A DNA stretch of 48,829 nucleotides, counting the filler, from Sphacelaria rigidula (taxonomy: Eukaryota), in the NCBI GenBank assembly GCA_964200075.2. It is 3 parts of 3 records of this genome, joined end to end, with 100 filler letters (N's around TTAATTAATTAA, not from the genome) between each part and the next. Parts side by side here need not be neighbours in the genome. Positions count along the whole stretch, not along the records: positions 1 to 16,211 come from CAXNAA020001441.1; positions 16,312 to 32,522 come from CAXNAA020001442.1; 1 more part is not named here. One strand, written 5' to 3'. Position 1 is the stretch's first letter, and each line of letters opens with the position of its first letter. The notes beneath the pieces are model-generated. The model had not been told where the DNA came from and ran no database searches. It worked only from the letters and a program-made list of their open reading frames with translations. This document shows positions 12,801-23,259 of this stretch, one piece after another. Position numbers and translations under genes: made by a program.

Positions 12801-14571
12801 CTGCTGGGTACTGTTTGACAACCGTAGATGATGGTGTAGAGCGGGGTCCGCCATGTGGTCCGCGAACGCATCCAGGACGGCGTCAGCCAGAGCTCCAACT
12901 ACGGCCTGTACGGCTGCTGAGGTCTCTCGCTTGCGAAGATCGAAGCTCCGCTCGGTGCCCCCTTCGAGTATCCTGCCGCCCAGTTCACCCACGAGCGTTA
13001 CCGCACCCGCGCGATCTCTTGCCGCTCCCAACACTTTCGTGTGCTCTTTGACGGCATGCACCACCTGACTTACAATACAAAGGATCTGAGCCAAGCCAGG
13101 CGGTTCCCGGCCCTTTTCTCGAACCTTGCTTAAATCTTCACGCGAGATACCTCCTTCACTCTGCCGAGTACCATCTTCCTCTTCTTCCATGGCATCGTTA
13201 GACGGCGTAGGGGGCGGCAGTAATCCCTTCTTCTGCGGGCGCTGCGGGGAGCCGTACTCGGTGTCGGGATCGGTGCAATAAGTCACTTCCATGTGCTGCG
13301 CACTGCGTTTCGTGCCTGCTAAATCAGTAACTGCTGGCTGCGCAGCTGATGTTCGCGTATTTGCATCTTTTCCTCGCTGTTCCTCCTCCTCCTGCTGATG
13401 CTGGACAGCACGCTTGACCGAAAACAATTCGCGCCATTGCCGCGACCGACAAACTGTCGTGCACCAGCGTAAGAGGTCAGCACCCAGCGCGTCTCCCATA
13501 ACCAGACACAGGGATGGTTTGTTAACCGGCTCCCTGTCCGATGCCGCTTCAGGCTGACCCGTCTGCAAAGGCCCGTACCCGGCAGGATCAAATCCACCGC
13601 CACCGAAAGTGACATCAAGGACTTCCATGCTCTCTTCTGAAGGCGCGGCCGTTGCGCCTTGGGTCTCTCCCCGAGCGACAGAACCCGCAGGATCCAGTTT
13701 ACCGACATTTCCAAAATGCTTGCTCAACATATCGCGTTCCACCCGAAAAGCATCCCCGTGAACACCAAGCACATCGTCCCCGATAGTTGGGACGGTTTCT
13801 GAAGGCCAGTCCGCCGCCGATCCTTGCCCCCCATGTCTGGTGCCGATGCTACCGTAGCCAAGCGACGCCGGCGGTGCCGAAAGCATAAGCCTTTCGATTA
13901 ATCGCACCGCAACGTTCACGTCAGCGGGTGACAATTGAAGAGCGACACCTCCTTCCAAAAACCTGGCGTAGAAAAAATAAAAATAAAGACATATGAGTAC
14001 AAACGCCCGGTATGGGGACCACCAACAAAACAGGTGAAGCCAAAATGGCGATCGTACAAGACTAGCACAGCGACGAAGAACAACGCTGTACCCTGAGAAG
14101 CTGACGCGCGCGATATGCTACCAAACATTCACCCGCCTGCGCTAAACTTTCCAGTTTAAGCGGCTTGTGACATCTCATCGTGTTCGCTCTGTTTGGCCTA
14201 CAACGGTAGGCCCAGCAGTAGGCAACAGAACACTTGACGTCAATGCGAGGCTGCGACAGACACATGTGACAGGCTGCTAGGGTTCCTGGAGGTCCCATGT
14301 ATCATATGATTGCCAGCGAGTAAACGTGCTTTGGAAGACATATCCACGTTTCCAAAATAAAAACAGAAAAGCAGCGACAGTAGCGGAACCCATCGTCCAG
14401 CTCGCGGGCTCATCTCTCAACTATCCACACACCCATTTCCTACATTTTTCTCACCTTATCACGAATGCGGTCAGGCCATTACTAAGGGACTCCGCCGCGT
14501 CCGCCGGGACGTCATGCCAGAGCCCGCTAGCCTTAGCTACAGAGGATGACGAAATCGACGCAGATCCACTG
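718..14571 (-). CDS. UBR4: BIG/UBR4-like giant UBR-box E3 ubiquitin ligase, partial multi-exon gene (5' end unresolved; 3' part continues beyond the left edge)
   Basis: Exons join in frame at GT-AG sites: ~14571-14455, 13962-11256, 10706-5487, 5205-5077, 4800-3403, 3204-2110, 1726-1637, 804-718 (~10.8 kb coding). UBR zinc finger CTFVSNHKQFVNQHWYHCYTCGLVHDKGCCRLCVRVCHRGHDVSYARLSCFFCDCGS at ~6738-6908. Spliced motifs KAIWVPGSQ|VLLAVVCTQFIRVYDLSED and PSFPVE|IFESLENIT match conserved BIG/UBR4 blocks. Confidence 0.9.
1637..1726 (-). CDS. UBR4: BIG/UBR4 exon (90 bp)
   Basis: ACTCAG|AARTESE...PSFPVE|GTAAGC; 30 codons. Confidence 0.75.
2110..3204 (-). CDS. UBR4: BIG/UBR4 exon (~1095 bp)
   Basis: Acceptor ACTCAG|LDLELQQLKW with an upstream CTAAC branch-like site. 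Contains LMVLFENGSVQCY. The donor (GAG|GTTTTT) is weak, so the lower boundary is less certain. Confidence 0.75.
3403..4800 (-). CDS. UBR4: BIG/UBR4 exon (1398 bp)
   Basis: CACAG|VLLAVVCTQFIRVYDL...DKRG|GTGAGT; 466 codons. Confidence 0.85.
5077..5205 (-). CDS. UBR4: BIG/UBR4 exon (129 bp)
   Basis: GTGCAG|VNLSFG...KAIWVPGSQ|GTGTGC; 43 codons, phase 0 at both ends. Confidence 0.85.
5487..10706 (-). CDS. UBR4: BIG/UBR4 exon (5220 bp) containing the UBR-box zinc finger
   Basis: Core of the 1788-aa ORF. Acceptor CACAG|GTCCAG, donor GTTCAG|GTACAT; length is exactly 1740 codons. Confidence 0.92.
11256..13962 (-). CDS. UBR4: BIG/UBR4 exon (2707 bp)
   Basis: Core of the 948-aa ORF. Pyrimidine-rich acceptor TTTTCTACGCCAG; donor TGCAAG|GTGGG in phase 0. 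Confidence 0.85.
14455..14571 (-). CDS. UBR4: BIG/UBR4 exon (most 5' exon identified; acceptor uncertain)
   Basis: Donor ATAAG|GTGAGA in phase 2 joins acceptor CCAG|G at 13962 to give ...LTAFVIR|FLEGGVALQL. No in-frame ATG, so further upstream exons are expected. Confidence 0.55.
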
Positions 14572-15664
14572 CTGCAAGACTCCCGCCGCTTTGACCGTAA
14601 CCAAGGAACGTCGTGAGCAAAGAGGGTAAACCATCAATGTTGGGTTTTGGAAGGGGAAGGGTGTTGTTCCATTGTATTTATAGCCAATGAGTCAGTATCA
14701 TGTGCCTACGTAAGCTCGCAAGAACCAAGCAACAACCAACTAAACACAGAAGGCTAATATCGACCACTCATCACCGTTGCGCCGCGGAAATTACACAAAT
14801 CGCTGGGGTACGCCACAGTCATCGACTCAGTTCCTTGTGCGTTCGCTCAACCGGGAATATCTGCCAGATCACACGCCACCAGTCGATCATGAATCTGCAA
14901 CCCGTAAGAGCTCGTTTGCGTCGGGAAACGCGTCAAAAAACTCCAACAGTAGCAGAATTGTCATTACCTTGGAAACGCGTGCACACCTCAAGACCTAACC
15001 AAACGGTTGCTCACGACACTTCGGAAGGAGAATAGACTGATGAAATTTGTACCGTCATGGATCGCACAAGTAGGTAAACATGCCGGACTGCCTTCACCTG
15101 TATGTATCAGTCCTTCCTCTGAATGAAAAGCAATTAGCATCAATTGGGGTGAAAGCGAAAGCCCACTTGGGCGACTGAGGTACAGAAGCCGATGACCCTC
15201 TTGACGTCACACTGACCTAGCTTCCACGGAAAACCCTGGGTACAGTCTAAAGGCCGTAGCAGTACATTCCAGTATGAAAAAATAGACAACTTCGTCCCCC
15301 CAGACTTGAAACGGAAAAAGCTCACCCACAACTCCCCCACGGCGTATTCTGCAAACTTCAACAAGTATAGATAGCCCTCGCGGACAGGGGACGGCACCGG
15401 TTCCTCCCCACTTTCTCCGGCGACACATTTGCCCTGGAGAGCGCGCTGGTTTGTGCAGTGTTATGAGGGCAAGTGAAAACGTGAGGAGGCGCGTAGGGGT
15501 GGTGGTGAAGACGCCGATCAGTGTTGCCACTATGTCGCGCTGGTAAACGTACATGTCCACTTTGGCAAGTCAGGCGACCGACAAAACGGATTATTAGATC
15601 ACGACGAGAGGCTTCAGTGAAATACAGTCCCTTCCATCTCATTGGCGACTCCGAGAAATACCCT

Positions 15665-15819
15665 TAATGCCTCATATTGGCGACATTGGCTAGAACGAAC
15701 CCAAGCGTGGGAATTCCCAGCTTCTCGTTGTGTTCGGCTTTTTCAATTTCGATTTACGTGAACATCTTGCCTCCCAAAACCATGCACTTTTGAGGGGGAG
15801 GCTATCGTAGTAAGTGTCA
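15665..15819. mobile_element. Partial copy of the TG...CA MITE family (one end)
   Basis: Matches 19070-19227 and the reverse complement of 27920-28075; ends in the TIR ...TATCGTAGTAAGTGTCA. Confidence 0.7.
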
Positions 15820-16211
15820 GCCTAGTGACCACAAGGTTCCGGTTCGAATTTTGCCTTCATCACCGCGGTAAATAACAAATAATAATGCGCATAAGGTAGC
15901 CCTGTCACAAAGAGTTGAATCTTTACTGCAAGAGCAACCGCGGACAAGAATCAATACACAAACTGGCGCGTCGGCGTTCGTGGTCTCAAATGAACAGCTG
16001 TGCGGCAAAACGAACGGGCAGGAACCAAGGGTAGCGATGATGAGGAGACAAATCAGTGAGCACAGTTCTCCAGATTGACAACTCGTGTGCCCAATACATG
16101 CAAGACGTCATGCGAAAATTGGTGCAAAGAACTCAACGGCTCCTCAGCGGAAACGCTCACCTCTACAGGCTTCTTGGTTCAAATACTAACGAATCAATAA
16201 ATCGGGGGGGG

Positions 16212-16311
16212 NNNNNNNNNNNNNNNNNNNNNNNNNNNNNNNNNNNNNNNNNNNNTTAATTAATTAANNNNNNNNNNNNNNNNNNNNNNNNNNNNNNNNN
16301 NNNNNNNNNNN
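16212..16311. other. Artificial assembly spacer (44 N + TTAATTAATTAA + 44 N)
   Basis: Exactly 100 bp, with a six-frame-stop linker; identical to 32523-32622. Confidence 0.97.
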
Positions 16312-16590
16312 CACAGGAGGAAGGTCAACACAGGAGCTTTTAATATTTATTTGTTTTAGTACCCCACCTTCCTTCTGCGGTGCTTGACTTTATTTTTTAT
16401 CGCGAGAGGGGTCCAGCAGTCCCTTTTCCTCGTCGACTGTGAAGTCGATTTTTGTGTACCCACGATATAGTCGCTCTCCACTGTTGAGCATGATGTAAGA
16501 AAAAATCCCAGGTCGCTCCGAGAATCGAATCCCACAACTCAACCACTAGAAGGTTACGAGGTTACCAACTGAGCCACCGGGGCAACCGCC
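16312..16590 (-). mobile_element. tRNA-derived SINE, family B (truncated by the gap)
   Basis: Minus-strand A box GGTGGCTCAGTTGG and B-box-like GGATTCGATTC. Body is homologous to 39832-40090. Confidence 0.8.
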
Positions 16591-17030
16591 TGTGAACACT
16601 GATTTTACTTCTTGTTTTTACTGCAGAAGCAAGTGAGCGTCACAGCCACTGTGCACCCTCTGCAATGCCATCTCCTAGATAGGAGGTGTGTCTCCCGATA
16701 GTACGACACACCAATCTTGCACCATATGCCAGAGGCGCGAAGGAAAGAACAACGAACAACACCGGCGCGCGAACCTCAATACGACGCGCAGCACATCTCT
16801 ACTTGCAGTCCATCACCATTGAGAATCATGCCCCCTTCCCCAGAGACTCTGATTGTTTTCATTTGGCAGACACTTGCAGACTTCGGTACCTCCCACAAGG
16901 GCCATAACCGGACCTTGTGCGGGGACAAGACGAAGTAAGCCAAGGAAATGACGCCTACAACGTTCACATGTATCCCCGATATTGGAATTGTCGCGTTACT
17001 CGAAACAAACGACGCAATCAAGCGACGCAC

Positions 17031-17121
17031 CTGCCGCTTCAGGGTCCAGTTGCATGTAAACCTCGTTGTTCTCGATTATATTACCCGTAGTCCCCTCCTT
17101 CATATCGACACCTTCATTTCC
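17031..17121 (-). CDS. Beta-helix gene exon (91 bp)
   Basis: ACACAG|GNEGVDMKEGTTGNIIENNEVYMQLDPEAA-G|GTGCGT. Confidence 0.85.
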
Positions 17122-20100
17122 CTGTGTTGCATTGCGGGTGAGAAGGAGTCACGGGAGCGAGAGGGCGTACTCTTTTGTTGTTTGCCTTAGTCGTTTGACC
17201 ATTCACCAAGGGGGTCGTGAGGGGGCGTACTCATTTGTTGCTTGCCTTGGTCGTTTGACCATTGACCACGCATCCCTTTCGAGACGGAGCACTGTTCATA
17301 CTCTTGATAGGACACCTCCAACATTCCGATGCTCATCACGTTTCTCCCATACATTACACAAAACCTTTTACATATCTTATCCCCGTCCTGTTTCGCCGTC
17401 TCTGGCCCCATCTATCTCCTAGTATAGGGGGTCGGGGGGGAGTATACAAGCGTGACAATGGATTCTGTGAAGCACACACCCTGCAATGGATTAGGGTTGA
17501 TTCGACCATTTATTTCAAAGGAGTCGAAAGGACTAGAACGATCTTTTCCACAGTCGAGGAAAGACGTCAGAGGCACTGACTCTAGTCAGCTGCGGCAATG
17601 GCAAGGGGAAACCCGGAGGATCGCTTCGAGGGGCTTTCAAGCTCGAAAGTACACCGGTTGTTCGTTAGAGGGAAATGCACAACAGTGAACTGATGTTCAA
17701 GCAAACGCCCAACTGTCAAATGATGCTATGAGCTTCAGCGGCGTGACAAGTAAAGTACAGTACAGCATTGCCACGGTTTACACGAGGTGCAGAATATACG
17801 AGAGTGATGCCGCGATAGCCCTTCCCAAGCCGGCCCCAGAACTACCAAAAGAATGCCCGTACAGCGCATGAAAGCTGGTTTCACACGGCATGGAGCGCCT
17901 CATATGGGGGACATTGGCAACCCCGATCGCAAGTGAGTTCCCAGCTGCACGGTGTGCTGGGCTTTTGTGAGTTTGATTCATAGCAAGATTTTTCCTCCTC
18001 AAACCAGCGACTTTTGCGGCAGGGGCTATCGCGGCATTACTCCAGCGTGTAACGAGGAGATTATGAAAGGGAAAATGTGAGTTGTCGAGCGTCACAAAAT
18101 AACATCTACCTGCAGGGAAGCCGTTTGAAAAATGATAATCCGTATGAAGAATATACTCAATTGCTTGTACTTTTGTTCAAGTATATCTCGTAGAGTACCC
18201 AAACGTTGGGTAAAGTTAGGTATGATCTAAACACTCTACCTCAATAATGGGTGGAGTCCGGTATGATAGGGTTAGGGTTAGGGTTAGATAGCGTGCGGCG
18301 GTTGAAGCGTGTACTTGTCATAACAAGAGAAGAGAACGTGATAAACGTAGGTGACGTTGGTTTCGTGTCTAGGCTCAGCAGACGCACGAATACGTGCTAT
18401 TCAAATTCTTGGATACAAATTTAGGTTACGATCAGATATACCTGGAAGACCATATACATGAGAAAACCAGGGATTGTTCTCTACCCCAGGGATTTTACTC
18501 TACCCAAGGTTTAGGTAGATTTGGTATGACTTCAAATACTACCTTCAAACATTGGGTGGAGTTAGGTATGATCTCAATACATTACCTCAATAATGGGTAA
18601 ATAATGGGTAGAGTCCAGTATGATCTCTGTTCTACCCAAGTATTAGGTTTGTACACTCGGCAATACTAAGGTACAGAGTAGAATTTAGGTATGACTTTTG
18701 TCCCCGATCCTACAATCGGGTAACATTGAGTATGACCTCAATAGTCTACCCCCCAAAATGAGTAGAGTTGGGTATGATAGCTACTCTACCCAAAAGTTAG
18801 TTCGTATCCTGAGCAATACCCGGGTATGGGGTATCACTTGGATATGAGTTCAATACTTTACCCAGCGTTTTGGGAAATTTGGGTACGATCTCTTATACTC
18901 CACCCCGATTCTGCGTAACTTGGATACAATATCATTTTTTTACCCATTTGTTTGAGTAATCAAAGTGCGACTGACACTTTCTACGATATCACCCCCCCTC
19001 AAAACCAGCCCAGAAGTGTCACGAAAAAAGTAACCATACAGTGCCTGTTGTTTGGGTTGAGGCTGCTTGAAATGCCTCATATTGGCAGCATTGGCTAGAA
19101 CGAACCCAAGGTTGGGAATGCCCAGCTGCTCGTTGTGCTCGGCTTTTCTCATTCCGATTTACGCGAAGCTTTTGCTCCCCAAAACCATGCACCCTGTTTT
19201 TTGGGGGGGGTATCATAGAAAGGGCCGACTTGCAAACTACGCCCGGGTGTCGGGTGTAACCTACCCAGTACCTCCTTGCAGTTCTGAAAGCTTCCATCCT
19301 GAAGTTATTGGGTCTTCATCCTGGACCGTTGTTTCCCCCCCCGAAGCACTCTACAATTTGAGGTCCATTGCTGAAAACGTTAGGGCACGAGTATCCGAAA
19401 GAGCTTATTCGACGCAAGTCCACGCACTTCGGGAGTCTTGATCCCAACCGGGGTACCGAAATGTAAGGTTTGTACTGCGCGGGGGACATGGGTACATATT
19501 CCAAGACCACGGAGTCTTCTCGGGGAAGGGAGGAAACGAAAAATGCTACGAGAGACAAACCCTAAATACAGCCGTATCTAACAATAATCAATCCAGCAAA
19601 CCTTCTCATTCCGATCGTTAGGGATCGAAACTGGTGGTCTGAGTAGTATATTCGCGGTAAATATTTTGTGCCGTTCTTGCAGATAACCCAGGTTTTCACG
19701 AGATCGATGTTTTTGAGAATGAGTAAGGCCGCGCTTGGCGGCCGTAGAGTGGGTTTGCACTTTTTTTATTCGAAACCAATTTCATGCTGCCCGAAGTTCT
19801 CGCCATGCGTTTGAAGTAATCACGACCACGTTGCCTGTGCACGGGGGAGAACTGATAACGGCTTGTCATGATGCTGTAAAATATCAATATCGTGCGTCTT
19901 GTGCCCGTAGTTGTCCACCAAGTAATCCAACAAAAGAGAAATGAGCTATCGTTTCGGGACCATGTCGGGACCCCCTGCCTTACTCCGTTGGTACAGTGCC
20001 GCGGCATGAAACACGGACTAACAATAGCAGGGGAGCAATGCTACGGTAGGGGTGCACTTGTTCGCGAAATCATGTCTAGTTCAGGGGCTCCTAACGATTC

Positions 20101-23100
20101 TAGATGCACAAAAATATGGATCAGGGCATCCCCGTTTGCGAATTTATTCGGGATATCCCCAGCACATTGGAGTAGTAATCCTGGTGTATTTCCACATATT
20201 TTCATAGGTAGTGTTTTGCATGAGATAAAGGGCTCCTAACAATTCTAACCTCGGAAAATATTTGTGTATCACTACCGTAGCATCACTCAGGGAGAAAAGA
20301 GGATCTTTGCTCCGTGCATGGGAGATACGCTCCATACAGCCAGGGAACCAGACAGCCACTCTCCCTCCCCCCAGGGATGAATGATCATTGGCACGATGTA
20401 GGCGAACCTGGCGGGTGTGTACAGAACTGACTTTACCCTCTCCACTTGTTATTTTGAAACCTAATGTACCGAATGAAACGCTGATGCGTACGTGGAAGTG
20501 CCCTGAGACGGCAGTCAGCACAGTATCCTGGCAATTGGCGGCTGCATTGTTCTGTCCTGCAATATATTGGTTTGTACTGTGCGTTACAATAGTTGCTCTG
20601 CCTTACCCGTGCGACAATCAATCAATCGAATCAAATCAATCACCCTGTTCACGCTGTTGTGTGTCCCGAGCGATCTGTGCAACTTCATTCCTCTCGGACA
20701 ACGGCTGCTTTACATTAGCTGTGCTGCCCCGTACTGCACTGTACTGTACGATGTGCGTGTACGAACAGACACGCGCGGTATACTCAGTGTTGTATAACGG
20801 GGCACTCAGAACTACGTAACCTGCCCGATCTGCCCTTGGTGTTTTTCTATTACATCACTATTATTAGGTGAACACCCGAGAATATCCTAACCGAGGATTC
20901 TGGAATAAGAGGTTGGGCACTCGAATGGGGCTCAAGTGGCCTTCCAAAAAGTCACGTCTCGTGCGAAACAGTATTTCCAAAGGAGAGCATTAGCGCAAAA
21001 AACGTTTCTGTTACAGCTGAAACAATGTTTTCGTGAGATTGAGAGTTGAAGCTATGATTGAGAGTGAAAAGTTTATTCGAATGGCGGTCACATGCACCTT
21101 TCAAACTGTTACATGACACGTTGGCTTGTAGCATAATAAGAGGCTAGTTGACCCTCAGTAGGCCAGAAGAAATGTTCGTACACAATGCTTAACAGGGATG
21201 ACTACTCGAATTTAGACTTGATAATGTTCGGAAATAAAATACGGTTTGGGGCAGATGAGCAGCGGATCCAGCTCGTCCAAAATATGTTTTTGTCGACCTG
21301 CCGCGACGATTTGAAGTCTGCCAATGCACACTTTGCCTAGGGGGATGAAGTTATGCACCCTCCTCGTCCGAGGGTCTCGTACGCATCGGGTCGGGGTTAG
21401 GGTTAAGGTTAGTGTTAGTGTTAGTTTGTAACATCCCATGATGTTCCTCATCAACCATCATCTACGAACATTTCCTTGCGTCCCCTTCCTTAGATCGCGA
21501 GGGTAGGTCACCTGCTGAATCGGCATCAATTTTCACTTGAAAAAAGTATGTGTGATCCACATGGACTACCCGCACGGCGGTTTAAGGGTTAACCGTCGTT
21601 AGGCTACGTTTTAGAATTGTTGGCACAATTTCACAAGTATCGCTACCCCTAACCCTAACCCCAACCCAACGCATACCGAGGACCCTCGGGCAAGGGCGGG
21701 ACATACATTCCCTCGGCAAAGTGCGGCCTTGGTAGACCCCAAATCGGCGCCTGTGGCGCCGATTTCAACGGAGACGCGTTCTATGCACGCGACGAGCACA
21801 CGGGACTGTCAGCCTCACTAGAATTCCGATCTTCATTATTGACACGCAAATCACGTGATATAAACCCTTCTAAGACGTAGACCAACACCGGTAAACTCTA
21901 CTGCAGTGCAATAGAGTTTACCGAGGTTAGGGTACGGTTTAGAATGGTTGATGTTCCTCGATTCGAGTGTGAACAACGAGAAGCATAATTTTTGTGGGGC
22001 TGACAGTCCCGTGTGCTCCTTGCGTGCGTACAGAACGCGTTTTTCGTTTAAATCGGCGCCACACTTTGCCTGGGCAATACACGCTAACCCGATGAATGCA
22101 GTGTACTCGTGTGTCGATCGATGACGATACCACCGGATGAGATATGGCAGACAGGGAGCTCCCAGCCTGTGTCCTTGGTGTGTCCTTCCTTCTTCGGCGA
22201 TTCACACTCGTTAAAGAGATTTGCATCATGCTACCAGCACATAACCGATTTGCCATGTGCCGACAGGCGGGCTGCACAGCCCCCTGAACAAGATCGGGGT
22301 ACCGAGGGTAATCGTCTGCCCTTTGTCTGTGGCGCTGATCGATGCAAATATCGGTTTCTCTCTGCGTTCTTGTTGGACGGGCCGTGCCTCTGTGCGCTGC
22401 AAAATACATCGTCGAAAAGCAGGGCGGTCTTCCCGTCACTGCTCTGTTCTCACACACACATGCTAGCAAGGACGGTCGTGCCAACATCCAATAGCATGGT
22501 GTGTGGTGTTATTATCATCGTTGATTTCACTCGATCTATGCCACAAGGACAAGAGTCTGCCACATGCCATTGAGGGGGTATGTATGAGAGATGAACCGAG
22601 TCATCCTACGATAGGGGGGGTGGTATTTCGGGGCACTTCTTGGACGAAATTCCAAGTCAGTATTTAATCATCGAAACCCCACAGTCAGTACAGCAACACA
22701 AAGGCTATGACATTATACATAGGTAGTGCACTCTCTGGGATATTCGTCATCATTCGTGACACACAGACGGTGCAGTTGGGATTGTTTTCATATATATATT
22801 AGTATAGGACACAATCGGAACAGAAACAAGTCACTACCTATGTATACATCTTGTATATATATCCAACTGCACCGTCTGTGCGTCACAGACGATTTCTTTT
22901 TTATTATTTTTCATATGTATTTTAGTATCGGACAATCGGAACAGAAACAAGTGCGCTACCTATGTATAATATCATAGCCTTTGCAGCAACAAAATATTCG
23001 TCAGGGCTCATTTGACCTACCGCTGACTATGCTGCTTGAAAGCTAAACTCAGGCAAGGCCTTTCTGGTCAGCGCTTGACGGTGTAGATCAAAATTGCAAC

Positions 23101-23213
23101 GGCTAGTGGTGAACCATAGAGTACCATTGTTCCTCGTGAAAATATATCTCGCCTAAGCTTGTGACGAATTCACACGGGAAACTTCGAAACACATGAACAC
23201 ACACACACACACG

Positions 23214-23259
<46 letters not shown>

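Noticed and set aside
2005-13958. Many 60-190-aa antisense and alternate-frame ORFs overlapping the BIG exons (likewise over the ankyrin exons)
   Set aside because: Expected shadow ORFs of GC-rich coding sequence, with no domain signatures.
14133-14197. Candidate BIG exon (TAG|...GGCGG|GTGAAT)
   Set aside because: Its phase is incompatible with the next exon. Direct splicing 14455->13962 keeps the frame.
16256-16267. TTAATTAATTAA palindrome as a biological site
   Set aside because: It is centred in a fixed 100-bp N spacer and repeated identically at 32567-32578, so it is an assembly linker.
17395-17423. Apparent Helitron 3' end (small hairpin + CTAG|T), also at 27585-27616
   Set aside because: The 27410-27620 copy continues without a break into LINE coding sequence. 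The CTAG is simply part of the ILGDRW codons on the minus strand.
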